A stretch of DNA of 64,000 bases from Octopus vulgaris (GCA_951406725.2 OX597826.1:56854001-56918000); one strand, 5' to 3'. Positions 12,596 through 26,701 are shown, counted from the first letter of the stretch. The notes: generated by a model from the letters alone, not told the origin. Made by a program: numbers and translations.

Positions 12596-13390
12596 ATATA
12601 AATAATAATAATAATAAAAAAACAACTTAGTAGCCAGTCTTCTGTCTAGGACCAAGCTAACATAAACTAACTTGAGAGAAGGCTCTCGTATGTCACCCCG
12701 TCTAATGTTACGCTGAGTTGAACGGGATGGGGTCGGATGAATTAGTGATAACGACACATCGTCCCAGTGGTTATAGTTTGGAGCGAAGGAAGTAGGGTAA
12801 TTTATGGAGGATATAGATTACACACATTATATGTCGCTAAGTTTAGTCCCAAATGAGTTCTCATTTCGCGTTTCGATCCCCGGCACAAAACGCTTAATTT
12901 TTTTTCTTCTCTCCTATCAATCAAGGTGGGAGCGCTAAGCAGTGATGTGTATAAATGCCATGTTATTATTACCGGTTCGAATATGCAAGTGGGCACGTTC
13001 GGACTCGTAAACAAGCGATTCACTGTGTTCTGTCATGGAGAAAAATTTCTCGCTGTAGACAAATGGTACCACGGGAAACTTTATCTTGGCGTAACGCTAA
13101 GACAGTAAATCTCACCTACTCTCGGGTAGCGAGTAGTTCTTAGTACACGGTGAAAAATACACTTTTTGGTGCCGCCCACTCCACCCAACACAATAATAAA
13201 CAAGCGTGACAGGTCACAAGAAATTTTACACCCTTTCAGACTTGCGCCAAATGGTGACTACCTCCAAATCCTCTCTGTTAACATTTTCAGGGGATCTACC
13301 TATTAATCCCCGACAGCAAGGCGAACTGAGTGAGATGAGTGGGTAGGTGGGTGGGGGTAGAACTGAGTGTAAATAAACGGCTGACTATGT

Positions 13391-13591
13391 CAGTGCTTTT
13401 CAAACTTTTTACTGGAGCGGAACCCCAAGGAAACATTGCACTGGCTCGAGGAACCCCTGTGCAATAATTTAATAGTTTTATGCACACATATCTGCACAAG
13501 AGAATCAAAAATTACTGCCGACTTAAGCAGTTTTGTAACTTCTTGCGGAACCCCTGGACTGTATCGGCGGAACCCTGGTTGAAAACCACTG
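13391..13591 (-). mobile_element. hAT MITE family H1, copy 1 (201 bp)
   Basis: TIRs CAGTGCTTTTCAA and TTGAAAACCACTG; exact 8-bp TSD gactatgt (13383-13390, 13592-13599); subterminal GGAACCC repeats. Strand is relative to copy 2. Confidence 0.92.
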
Positions 13592-13921
13592 GACTATGTA
13601 TTTGAGCTCAACATCTTAAGGATTGAAACACTGAGTAACGTAAAAAAAAAAAAAAAAGAATTCACTTGCAGAATATCGGTCAACCCGAAGCTATTACAGA
13701 AGACACTTGACCAAGGAAAAATCTAATCACGAAGAGAACTTTTTAACCTCACAGTCAGGTGTACCTCTAGGTGGATATTGCAAAAAAAAACAAAAAAAAC
13801 ATTACTGGTCATACGCGGTAACAGAGGTCAATCTGATTGTACACTCCATTCACCACAAATGTGCATTTCGGTTATTAATCGATGAGAGTCATTTCGGTGC
13901 ATTTCTGATGACAATGAGTTC

Positions 13922-13974
<53 letters not shown>

Positions 13975-13978
<4 letters not shown>

Positions 13979-14416
13979 TCCTTTCTATTATAGACACAAA
14001 GCCTAAAATTTTAGGAGAGGGGACTAGTTGTTTACATCGACGTCAGTGCTCAACTGGTGCATATTTCAGCGACCCCGAAAGGATGGAAAGCAGAATTTGA
14101 ACTCAGAACATAAAGACAGACAAAATGCCGCTGCTAAGGCACTTTGCCCTTCGTGCTAACGATTTAGCCAGTTCGCCGCCTTCATAATAATAATAATCCT
14201 TTCTACTATAGGCACAAGGCCTAAAATTTGGGGAGAGGGAACTATTCAATTACATCTACCCCAGTGTCTCACTGGTACTTACTTGATTTATCGACTCTGA
14301 AAGGTTGAAAGAAAGTCGACTCCGGCGGAATTTCAACTCAGAACGTTAAAGACAGGCGAAATGCTGCTGCTAAGGTTTTCGCCCGGCGTGCTAACGATTC
14401 CGCCAGCTCGCCGCCT
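13975..14416 (-). mobile_element. Two tandem older family-A SINEs separated by (AAT)n
   Basis: Both end in gccag(t/c)tcgccgcc and carry atttg/caactcagaac B-box complements. Confidence 0.82.
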
Positions 14417-14624
14417 TAATAATAAATAAATAAATAAACTGCAATAAAAATAATTTAAGTGTCGTATTGGATTGCTGTAATGAGTTCCCGTAATAAAACA
14501 CCGGCGAAACGGCTTGCACAATGAAATCACTTAATGAACAAAACTTTAAAAGTGATGACGAGGGAATTTCCTTAAACAAAAATAAGTTTCCCCAACTCCT
14601 ACCAGATTTCAGAAGAGGGGTGTC

Positions 14625-14662
<38 letters not shown>

Positions 14663-15162
14663 AAATGTATGCATTTATTTACTTTTAACTGGTTGTTACA
14701 TACTTCTGAACCGTTTCCTGAAATAGATATCACCAAAGGCAAAAAGAAAAAAAAAGTGCGGCCCACTCGGAGAGCGAGGAATGCTAATTAGTATAGAAAG
14801 GACGTGTACAACTCAGTATGACCTAATTGTGTATGGGAAACCTACTTATTTATGTATTTATTTATTTATGATCTGCTTTTGTCTGCTTTACACTGTCTAC
14901 CTTCACAACTTTCACAATCTCTCTATCTCTCTCTATCTCTGTCCGTCCGGACTAAGTGGTAGGTACATATTACATCCGGGGACTACACAATGGTATACGT
15001 TTAACAGTGATGTTAAGGGTGGGGGCGGTGAGCAAATGGTTAAACAACGAGAAAAGGTGAAAACTCGAAATGAACAAAAGCGAGTATTAATAATAATGGT
15101 TAGAAAAGGTACAGGAAGGTGGGAGAGGAAGCAATTGGCTCAACACGTGTATCATATTAAAT

Positions 15163-15381
15163 CAGTGGTTTTCAACCAGGGTTCTGCGGAACCTTAGAGT
15201 TCCGCCAGTACAGTCCAGGGGTTCCGCAAGAAGTTACAAAACTGCTAAAATCGGCGGTAATTTTTAATTCTCCTGTGCAGATATGTGTGCATAAGACTAT
15301 TAAATTATTGCACAGGGGTTCCTCGAGCCAGTGGAATGTTTCCTTGGGGTTCCGCTCCAGTAAAAAGTTTGAAAAGCACTG
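15163..15381 (+). mobile_element. hAT MITE family H1, copy 2 (219 bp), inverted relative to copy 1
   Basis: TIRs CAGTGGTTTTCAA and TTGAAAAGCACTG; exact 8-bp TSD tattaaat (15155-15162, 15382-15389). Confidence 0.92.
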
Positions 15382-15931
15382 TATTAAATGAACGAGTGCG
15401 TCCCTTGTATTAACTTATGTGTGTGTGTGTGTGTGACCGATCGGTGAAGACGTTTCCTCCCTTGACGTTAAAAAGTAACGTAGCCATTCGACAAAGAGTC
15501 TCGATAAAATAGGAAACATACAAATAAGAACTGAGTGGTCAAGTGAAATATATATGAAATACCATACAACATAAATTCTGGATTTATTAAAACTATTTCC
15601 GCCTCCAGAGGATGTGACACAATTATGAAGTGGCAATTGAGACCAGTTGTATACGAGGAGAGATAATCTCTAGATACAAGTATTCTCCGAAGCTCACATA
15701 CCATTGGGTGCACATAGTTTTCCTGGCATTTACTAGTAAGAGACACATTAAGAGAGCGTGAACAATCCCTAATTCTGATGATGGACATCGAACTGACAAG
15801 TGTAGAAGATATATTAACTTCAATGGTATAAATGTAGTTTATTCATAGACTAAGTCTCTGACTTCTCTCTCTCCCTCTCTTTCCTATATCTTATGTGTGC
15901 GTGTGCAGGAGCACACTGGATTCATAAGTGT

Positions 15932-16002
<71 letters not shown>

Positions 16003-16624
16003 CACCACTGTTATCATCCTCAATAAGCCACATTCTCGAGATAGCTAGCCTAAGGTTTCTGAAATAAAACCATGTCATTTCCATTGACATACCACAATAT
16101 CGGCTCTACATGCTCAAGTGAGTTCTGAAAGTAAGGGACTGTATTAGGACGACCCAGTGTTTTCGTTCCGCAGAAACCAAGTTTACAATTTACACTCCGT
16201 TAGTTTGTCAATAGAAGTTAAATGTCCATGTTTATTCATTTATTTATTTATTTTAATTATTTGTGTATTTTCTTTTCAACCACCCACCCAAAACACACAC
16301 ACACACATACACACACACATACGCACACACAAGAACTAGAAATATTGGCTATTGCAAACGTTTCTTCCTGCTTAATTATTTTTAATAAAACAATTAAGGG
16401 CGTGGCTTTCTTGCTTTTAAGATGAAATTGCTTTCCTCACCCCCACCTCCCAACAATCAATTCTTCTAAAATAAAGAGGAAATGGAGATCTTGGTTACAA
16501 AACAATATTTTCTTATTGTCTTCATACTCTACTAGTGAAAGCTAGTGAAAAGAAAAGGAATACACACAGTTCTTCCTTCCCTGCGCCTAACTACGTTAAC
16601 AAATGAGTCAACGAGAGAGCCGTT

Positions 16625-16975
16625 ACGTACTCACTCGGCCTGCTACAAATAACACCCAAATCTCCCTCAATTCTATACTCTACCGATTAAATAAAAAGGA
16701 GGGGAGTTCCTTGATGAATGTTATCATGTGTTCACTGAACACGGGGAAAAAGAAGGAATAGTAATAGCCGGACTGGCTTGGGGATAACTGGGGCAAAACA
16801 ACAGTTGATAGACAAGCCAACGAACTTTCAAACTTCACTAACATACACTGTTTTAGAGAAGAGAAGTCACATCTGATTATGTAGTCCCTGATACACCAAG
16901 ATACGTCTTGGCCACGAACAGAAGGCCTTTGATTATAGCATTACTAGACCAGGACTGACTAGAGATTAAACAATA
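16625..16975 (+). mobile_element. Two decayed family-D copies
   Basis: cctgctacaaataacacccaaatctccctcaa... and ...tatgtagtccctgatac...agagattaaacaat. Confidence 0.6.
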
Positions 16976-17179
16976 ACTATTTAGATATTTGGAGGAGAAG
17001 AATCTGTTCAATTATTAGATCGATATTCCACTACTTCAGTGGTACTCAATAAGTGAAAGATCTACCATCATAGCGATTTGAATTGAAAATGGAAAGGAAC
17101 ATAACTAATGTCTGCATGGCATTTACGAATTGTGTAAATCGGGGCTCCCTCCGATTGTGTTACGCAACTCCCTAATAAT

Positions 17180-17600
17180 GCTTTCTGATTGAGGTCCAAG
17201 TTCAACAGTTTTGAAGGAATAGGATTAGTCAGTGCCACTGACCCCAGTATTGGATTATTACTTCGAACCTAGAAAAAAATGAAAGGTTAAATTGACCTTG
17301 GCGAGATTTGAACTCAGAACGTAAAGAGTTGTAACGAATACTGTAAAGCATCCTTTCCAACACTCTAACGATTCTGCCAGCTTGCCGATTTATAATGCTT
17401 TACAAAATAGGCACTGGAACACGCATTTTGTGGGTCGAATACATCTCGAGCCCAGTACTTGATTCACTGAGACTTACTATTTATTATTGTATTGATCTCT
17501 GAAAGGGAAAATGGTAAAATTAACCCTCGACAAAATCTGAACTTAGAAGAATATTTAAGGGCCTAACTAAAATGCCGTAAAGTATCTCATTTCTCGTGTG
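17180..17600 (-). mobile_element. Decayed family-A SINE copies
   Basis: atttgaactcagaacgtaaag...ctaacgattctgccagc. Confidence 0.7.
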
Positions 17601-18122
17601 AGTGTTTCTACCCCTCCACCGCTTTCTTAAGAACTACAATATAAGACATTGTACATATGTACATCGTTGTGTGCACACACATACGCACGTATGTAGCTTC
17701 GATCTATAATATTTTTAAACGAGATCGTTTATTTTTGAAACATGTATCGCATTCTAAAGTATTTGTGATAGGAAACCGGGAAATATTTTGCTACTTAAGA
17801 ACAACCATTTACGATTACCATCAGCAATACTAACTCTTATCTTAATGTACTCGTTATTTTTACTTTCAATACGCATGGTTTTACCCACCCTATCTCGTAA
17901 ACGTCTAGATCTCTCTCTGTGTATGTGTGTGTGTGATTTCCGTTTGAAAAAAGAATTTATAGTTCTTGAAAATCGTTTATTGTGTATCTAGAGATGGTCG
18001 GGTGTTTTTATTTTTTACTTCTCTCCACCTTGGGCTTTCACGTCGAAATGCTTCACCAACACCAATTAATACACAGATTCATACCAACATGCACATTATA
18101 CATACATACATATATATATATA

Positions 18123-18337
18123 TTTCTTTACTAACCACAAGGGGACAAACAAGGACAGACAAAGGGATTAAGTCGATTACATCGACCCCAGTGCGTAACT
18201 GGTACTTAATTTATCGACCTCGAAAGGCTGAAATGCAAAGTCAACCTCGGCGGAATTTGAACTCAGAACGTAGCGGCAGACGAAATACGGCTGCGCATTT
18301 CGCCCGGCGTGCGAACGTTTCTGCCAGCTCGCCGCCC
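18123..18337 (-). mobile_element. Family-A SINE inserted in (TA)n
   Basis: Full head and core; tail with a small deletion. Confidence 0.9.
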
Positions 18338-18452
18338 TTATATATATACACACACACACACACATACACACACAATGACTTGTTCCTTTCTTGAACAACC
18401 TAATATATGTTGTGAACCCTCGGACTTTTGTTCTATTTTGTTCTTGCTTTGC

Positions 18453-18506
<54 letters not shown>

Positions 18507-18769
18507 TGGTGTGCTTTGGAACTCAATATAAAGCAGAAAAAATAAACGAAAATAAGGGGGAAAAAAACTCTCAGTAAATACACACAATGAACTAGATCCT
18601 GAATCCCAACGCTCTCCTAAACGATTTACTACCATCACGGCTATTCTTTTCAAAATACATATATATATATACATACATATTCACACGAACCGATATTTAA
18701 GCATTAGAAGCTTTCATATCCTTCCAACAGGGATAAAAGATTTCAATTACACACACACACGTGTATACA

Positions 18770-18803
<34 letters not shown>

Positions 18804-19719
18804 CATATGCGAGCGCGCACACACATCTCATTGCACTTTTCTCTATGAGCTGTAATCATCACAATTATATAGTAACTATGTATGTAGGTATGTATGTATG
18901 TTTTATGCGCCTGCAAGACTTACTTCTTTATTGTAAAGTCATGTCTTAAAATTAAGAAGAATCGATAAACTCCGAAGTCCCTCCCCTCCACCTCCACCAC
19001 CTCTTCTACCCACCCAGCTACCTTGTGTCGTCTTCATGCTTACGACGAACACACAAGAACTTGAATGATTGCCCTACTAAAATATTTCCCCGGCATCTCT
19101 CTCTCTCTTTCTCTCTTTCTCTCTCTCTCTCTCAACTTTCTCAGACAATAGACAGACAGGAAGAAATTCCTAAAGGAAGGAAAGAAAGAAAGAAAGAAAG
19201 CAAAAACCCCACAACATATATATATATATATACATATATAAATAAATAAAGCAAGTGAATAAATAATAAAGGGGATTGAACTTGAGTTCATATATTCTGG
19301 AGTCTGACAGCTTGCTTAATGAGTAGGCTACGCGGAGGAGATCCCTAAAAACTACAACAACAACAACAACAACAACTACTACTACTATGCCTACTACTGG
19401 AACAACAACAACAACAACAACAACAAACTTGTTTCATTTTAACGGTGAACAACGAAATATTCAGCTCCTTTCAAAAAGAGATCGGAAGTGTAGGAAGGTA
19501 GCGGTTGCAAAGAAAATGTAAGTGGATTTATTCGGAGGGTGAAATATAATGCGAACTTCAGAAATAAAACACGCATTTAAAAGCAGACAGAAATTCAATA
19601 AATAACAAATAGATTTTATACGGAAACAACAGCATACAAGAAAGAGAATAGAAGTTGATAGTGATAGTTAGACACGACGTTTGTTGCCTATGCATTATAT
19701 ACATACATACATACATACA

Positions 19720-19779
<60 letters not shown>

Positions 19780-19911
19780 TACAAACGTATATATTCATAC
19801 ATGTGAGAAATTATCCAAGATTCTGTGTTATGTGTTTTGTAAGAATCAATACTCAGCAATTCGTGAATTTAGTGTTGTTAGCATTTCCCAATTTAGTGTT
19901 CAGTGTTGTTA

Positions 19912-19938
19912 CTCTCTCTCTCTCTGGCTTTCTCTCTC

Positions 19939-19988
<50 letters not shown>

Positions 19989-20410
19989 ACACACACACAC
20001 ATGCATGCATGCACATACACTTGCAGAATGGTCGGAGGAAGAGGGCTGTTGAGCACTGGTAGGGGGTTTCCATTTAAACAAGAATGGATTCAAGTCAAGG
20101 AATGGAAACAATAAAACGGAGAAGGTAAAAGACGAAAATATCAGAGAGGAAGGGAGAGCAAAAGGAGAGAAAGAGGCAGGAGTGAAACAAAGAGAAAAGA
20201 GGAAGGAAGTGGATAAGGAAATGGTAAAATTCATGAAAGGGATGAAAAGAATGGTAAAGGGAAGCCTAGAGGAGAGAGCGAAAGACAGACAGAGAGGAAA
20301 GAGAGAATCCGAAAGACAGAGAGAAAGGAGAAAGAGAGAGGGAGAGAGAAAGAGGAAAGAGAGAGAGAGAGGAAAGTGAGAGAGGGGGAAGAGAGAGAGA
20401 GGAGAGAGAT
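19912..20410. repeat. (CT)n tract followed by about 300 bp of purine-rich GA low-complexity sequence
   Basis: Direct reading. Confidence 0.85.
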
Positions 20411-22304
20411 GGGCGAGACGAGAAACTATCAAGAATAAAGAAAACGAGCAGCCAAATTAGGTTGTCAAATTCCTCGGTGCACCAGCGTGACCCAATTTTA
20501 CGGAATGGATTTAGCACAGCAGAAGAATTTTCCAGGAAGCCAAAACCGGTGTGAAGTGGGTCAGGTCTAATCGAAACGATGTGTGGCGGAAAGAAAAAAA
20601 AAAAAAAAAAAGAAAAAAGAAAAAAAAGAGACGAAGACGGGGGGAAAAATCATCTCCGTTAGACATGTTGGTCATTGCCCAAATATTTCGCTCTTAGAAG
20701 AGAAGAAAGAATATCTTGAATAAATGAATGAATGAATGCAGGTTATTACATATCGAGAGAAATGGGTGCATTGAACAGCAGCAGAAAAGCGACATCATCT
20801 GCAGAGGGAGGACAATGAATGACAAGTGCTTTCCCCCCAAAGGATAAATATCTATATATCAACTGTAAATGCTAGAGTCTAACCATTCTTTTATAAAGAC
20901 ATTCCACACGTAAGAGTGAATGAATCTTAGAACTATTATTCTAGCTCTATAAATCCTCTTAATTTATATCTAGCATACAAAAGGAACTAAATATTTGCCC
21001 CCACCACTACCAGCATCAACTCCACCCACCTCTTTTATTCAGAGCAAAAATTTGTCCGTTCCCCAAAGGCTAAAATTACTTGAATGAGAAATAGATGCTA
21101 GAAATCAATTGAATTTAATTAGGTCTGTGTGAGAGAGTATGTACATGTATGGACAAGAGATGGTGGTGGTGGTAGTGGTGGTAGTGGTGGTGGTGGTGGT
21201 GGTGGTGGTGGTCGGGGCATTAAGGGCTATAAACGTCGGCACTCATTAGATCACTGCTATTAATTTGCATTAAATCATGTTTTGTATTTAGATGAGTGAC
21301 CATCGGGGGAGACATTCGCCAGACTAACTAGTTTAAATGCCGGGAGTCATGAATTTGTATATTAAATGTTTGAAAGCAGTTTGAATATGTAAATAATTTA
21401 ATCTGAAAAATTTCTATTTCCATTCAACACAATGGAAGATGAAAACGGGACGAAAGAAGGAGAAAAAAAAAAGGAACAGTTTTGTCTTACATTTGTTGTA
21501 GTACCTAAATAATACAAACAAAGAAATAAAACAATCACTCACACAATAATAATACGAAAACCTGCATAATGTCTCCTGCTCTATGTAATAGATTACATTC
21601 ACTCTCTCACTCACCCAAAACACTTCATTTAATATTTATCTCATGCAAATGATATAAACAGGATCAATTGCTTGACTCAATCGGTGGCAATAAAGAAAAA
21701 AAAATTCGTGTGTTATTGACCTTACTGACTTCACAGTAAAAGGATAAATAGCTGTGGTGATGTTCATGCTTATTTTTCTTCAAGAGCATTAGAGGAATCA
21801 GTGAAGTGAAGCCGTCTCAACCGGAAACCAAACCCAGTACATAGGGATTTTTCGTTCGCTTGACATGTATCCTAATGTGTGTGTGTGTGTATACATATAT
21901 ATTTGTATAAACACACACACACATACAGTGTGTGTGTGTGTATCCTGCTAAAACCCAGCTTGTGTCTGAGATGTAGTTGGAGAGAAAGAAAATGAGCATT
22001 CGATTGTAAAACATCTGTAGTTAATAATTAACGTCCATGTTAGATAAAAAAAAAAGAAGCAAAATACACGCACACACGATCACATACTCTATCTCTCTGA
22101 CGCACACACACACACACTGGGATGGTGGTGGTGGTGGCGGAGCAAATAACATACAACAGCAGAAATGGAAATATGGAAAGTTTGACTAAGTAAAAGGATA
22201 AGTAATAACAACAATAATTGGCAAAGAATTCATATTAAAATTATCTACTGAAATCTTTTTCTTTCATCTTTTTAAAATAAAATAAATGATTGTATTGTAT
22301 GCGC

Positions 22305-22344
<40 letters not shown>

Positions 22345-23084
22345 GGGAGACAAGGATGTTGTAATGTTGCTGAGAACACACCTTCCATACGTTAAAAAAA
22401 AAAAAGAGAAAAATGTAGTTAAAGCTATAAATAGTTCGGGAAGCAGAGAGTGAGGAGCGTTTCCATGTAATACCATCAAAGTAGATGTTTCCTCTCGGCT
22501 CCAGGCCAAATCAAAATGACCAATAAGTTTTTTTCTCTCTTCATTTTTGCTTTCCCCATTTAACACACACACACACACACACAGACACGCACAGACACAC
22601 ACTATGCGCCCATATTTAGAAGTTTGGCTTTAAGACGACATACTAATGAAATATAAAGGTAATGCGTCACGTCTGTTGCTAATGAGTGATGGACTTGTAT
22701 GGTCAATCGATGCCCATTCCACGCCACTAATACAACAAGTGCTTCTATTACAATTGAAAGCGAAACCCCAAAGAACCCTCTAATTGGATGTTCTATCAGT
22801 GAGAAATATCAGCTTAAATCTCCCTCAAATCACGCCCTATCGGCTTAACTAATAAAGGACCAAATAGACACTGTAATCTGAGACGGAGTAATTTTGAAAA
22901 ATAATGAGTCATGACTGGAAGGTCACTGATTATAAGTCTGCTCGGTCAGGATTTGCCTTGGGTTAAATAACAACTTCAACCTAAATCATTAACGTTGTCT
23001 TAATTTGTCGTAAGAGAACAGCCTCTACAATAAAGGTAGCAATAACACAACCATCACCACTGCTACCACTATGTAATAATAGTA

Positions 23085-23458
23085 AGCCTTTCCATTAAAG
23101 GCACAAGGCCTGAAATTTTTTGGGGGAGGGGCTAGTCAATTACATCAACCCCAGTACGTAACTGGTACTTATTGACTCCCACTCACAAAAGGATGAAAGG
23201 TAAAGTCGACCTCGGCAGAATTTGAACTCAGAACTACCCACAGGAGGCTAAACACAGAGGGGACAAACAAGGACAGACAAACGGATTAAGTCGATTATAT
23301 CGATCCCAGTGCGTAACTGGTACTTATTTAATCGACCCCGAAAGGATGAAAGGCAAAGTCGACCTCGGCGGAATTTGAACTCAGAACGTAACGGCAGACG
23401 AAATACGGCTACGCATTTCGCCCGGCGTGCTAACGTTTCTGCCAGCTCGCCACCTTAC

Positions 23459-23507
<49 letters not shown>

Positions 23508-23665
23508 CAACAATTTCACTTTTTATCACTAAGCTAGCGGTTTGAGAGGAGGTTAAAAGGTAAAGTCGGCGGCGGCGGCATTTGAACTCAGAACGCAAAG
23601 ACGGACGAAATGCTGCTAAGCATTATAACCGGCGTGAAAACGATTCTGCTAAGCTCGCTGCCTGA
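23085..23665 (-). mobile_element. Family-A SINE cluster (old partial, young full copy about 23235-23455, old partial)
   Basis: Three atttgaactcagaac motifs with matching cores and heads. Confidence 0.85.
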
Positions 23666-24337
23666 CTTAATAAATATTATTGAGTATGAATGAATATTAT
23701 CATTACTAATAATAAAAAAATAATAATAATAATAATAATAATTTACTGAAATATTGGTGGGGGCGTTTTGTTAGTAAATTGTGTTTCTGAACGAGTGAGA
23801 ACATAACAGACAGACAGACACAGAGCTGACGACGACGCAGTGGAAGTCAGAGCAGAAACAAGGTGTGGCGAGGGAGAAGAGAGGAAAAGGAGGAAGGAAG
23901 ACTGGGTGAAAAGAGAAATGTGAAAATAATTTCCGTTTTCGGATCGATTAATAGTGAGTAAGTAGTAAATGTAAGAAAGCTACCAGTTCAGGTTAACAGC
24001 GATTAGTCAACAGAAAGCAACAAGCTAACGAGTAAACAAAACGATGGATGGTTTTGTCAAGAGAAAAGACATATTCCAAACACTACAACAAGCTTTACAT
24101 TGTTGTTTATTTAACATTGTTATCGTTGTTTAAGTAATATTAGAGTTTGAAGTACAAATAAATAGCACCGGTATATTTATTATAAAATGCTGTGGAAAAT
24201 AAATAGGTGGGTGGCGAATAAAAAATGAAATCCTTTCCATCACACACACGTGCACACGCATGCGCGTACGAGCGCGCATGCAAACACGCACGCACGCACA
24301 CGCGCATTCTCATTCGTGACCTTGAGATTCCAGTTTC

Positions 24338-25105
24338 GATCCCACTGTGTAAGTATCTCGGTCAAGTACTTGTACCACAGCCTCGAATCGACTCGAGGCG
24401 CTGGACGAAAATTGTTTAGAGAAAAGCCCGTTGGGTGGACTCTATTTGTGAATACGAAATACTGGCCGCGCCGATTTTGCTTGTTAAGACTATACGTATC
24501 TGTGGAGCACACAGCCACTTGGCACACAAGATCCCACTGTGTAAGTATCTCGGTCAAGTACTTGTACCACAGCCTCGAATCGACTCGAGCCGTTGGACGA
24601 AAATTGTTTAGAGAAAAGCCCGTTGGGTGGACTCTATTTGTGAATACGAAATACTGGCCGCGCCGATTTTGCTTGGTAAGACTATACGTATCTGTGGAGC
24701 ACACAGCCACTTGGCACACAAGATCCCACTGTGTAAGTATCTCGGTCAAGTACTTGTACCACAGCCTCGAATCGACTCGAGGCGCTGGACGAAAATTGTT
24801 TAGAGAAAAGCCCGTTGGGTGGACTCTATTTGTGAATACGAAATACTGGCCGCGCCGATTTTGCTTGGTAAGACTATACGTATCTGTGGAGCACACAGCC
24901 ACTTGGCACACAAGATCCCACTGTGTAAGTATCTCGGTCAAGTACTTGTACCACAGCCTCGAATCGACTCGAGGCGCTGGACGAAAATTGTTTAGAGAAA
25001 AGCCCGTTGGGTGGACTCTATTTGTGAATACGAAATACTGGCCGCGCCGATTTTGCTTGTTAAGACTATACGTATCTGTGGAGCACACAGCCACTTAGCA
25101 CACAA
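24338..25105 (+). repeat. Tandem array of four 192-bp units derived from an old SINE body
   Basis: Units start at 24338, 24530, 24722 and 24914 (gatcccactgtgtaag...) and differ at only about 4 positions. The unit is homologous to family B (gttcagtcccactgcgtggcaccttgggcaag...aagcccgtcg). Confidence 0.95.
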
Positions 25106-25280
25106 ATACAATGAATGTCGAGATAATCGAACAACTTGACGCTCATGCGTGTAAATCGACAGGAGAGTCCATTACATATATCGATATCGATCTTATTATT
25201 TATCTATCTATCAATAAACGAGACAGATAACAGCTTCAGTCGTAATGACATTATTTATACACAAAGAGGAAGAAGGAGTA

Positions 25281-25481
25281 ACTCTTTACTCTTTTACTTG
25301 TTTCAGTCATTTGACTGAGGCCACGCTGGAGCACCGCCTTTAGTCGAGCAAATCGACCCCAGGTCTTATTCTTTGTAAGCCCAGTACTTATGCTATCGTT
25401 CTCTTTTGCCGAACCACTAAGTGACGGGGACGTAAACACACCAGCATCGGTTGTCAAGCAATGCTAGGGGGACAAACACAG

Positions 25482-25530
<49 letters not shown>

Positions 25531-25695
25531 TACGACAGGCTTCTTTTAGTTTCCGTCTACCAAATCCACTCACAAGGCATTGGTCGGCCCGGGGCTATAG
25601 CCGAAGACACTTGCCCAAGATGCCACGCAGTGAGACTGAACCCGCAACCATGTGGTTGGTTAGCAAGCTATTTACCACACAGCCACTCCTGCGCC
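25281..25695 (-). mobile_element. Family-B SINE, full length
   Basis: Same head, core and tail as 12155-12595. Confidence 0.93.
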
Positions 25696-26506
25696 TATAT
25701 ACAATACTGATAATTTTATAGACACTGGGCCTTTAAACAACGACCATAAATCTCACTGGTCCCAGACACTCACTTGGAAGGAAAGCACGATGCAAAATTA
25801 AGTAAGAATAAGCTAAGGTGCTTCCAAAAATGAAATATGTATTGATAGATCAAGCAAAAATGCGTTTAGAGAACAGTGGAAAGAGTGCAAATATATCTGA
25901 GTTTCACATTGCATGATGGCTAGTGCAGTTCAGTACTCTGAGGCAATTATTCGTAGAATGCACGATCAGGGCTTACCTGGGACTACACAGAAACAAGCTG
26001 ATACCCCAAATTCTAAAAGGAATAGACGATGAAACTACAAGTGTGGTGGGAAAGAGAAATATGGGGGGGGGGGGATTTCTCGTTTCATTTCCTAACAAGA
26101 ACGAACTATTTTTCAAGCTATTTTCCCCACCGTACCTAAAATACTTCAGCTTCATCAGATGTGTAAGGAGAATGCCAGAATGTCGGAGCTTGTCAGTCTT
26201 GAAGCTATTGACAAGGGCTGAGTTTATAGGGGGCATGAAACTTGATATTTTTCAAGGGAATGGAAAAACGGGAAGCCACTTAGTATAACACTGCTTCAAA
26301 TCTGGAAACGGAAACCGGGTGGTGAACTCAGCTGACCGAGAGCTTGTCTTTATCCAACGTAGCTCGACTAAGTTATACGCATGAAGGAAAAAAAAACCCC
26401 ACCTTACGTATATTTAGGCAAATTTTTGGAATCAGAAATTCAAATTGAAGCGGACTGCAGATTTTTAAAACCTTCTTCGATTAAATAACAAACCCCGAAT
26501 ATTAGG

Positions 26507-26576
<70 letters not shown>

Positions 26577-26643
26577 TATATAACTGTGAGCCCTTGAGTC
26601 ACTTTCATTAATTTCCTACTGATTAATAAAAATAATACACAAA

Positions 26644-26701
<58 letters not shown>

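Noticed and set aside
24240-25105. CRISPR array or genuine 64-aa repeat protein gene
   Set aside because: No unique spacers, no cas genes, eukaryotic context; the unit is SINE-derived and the ORFs lack ATG starts or domains.
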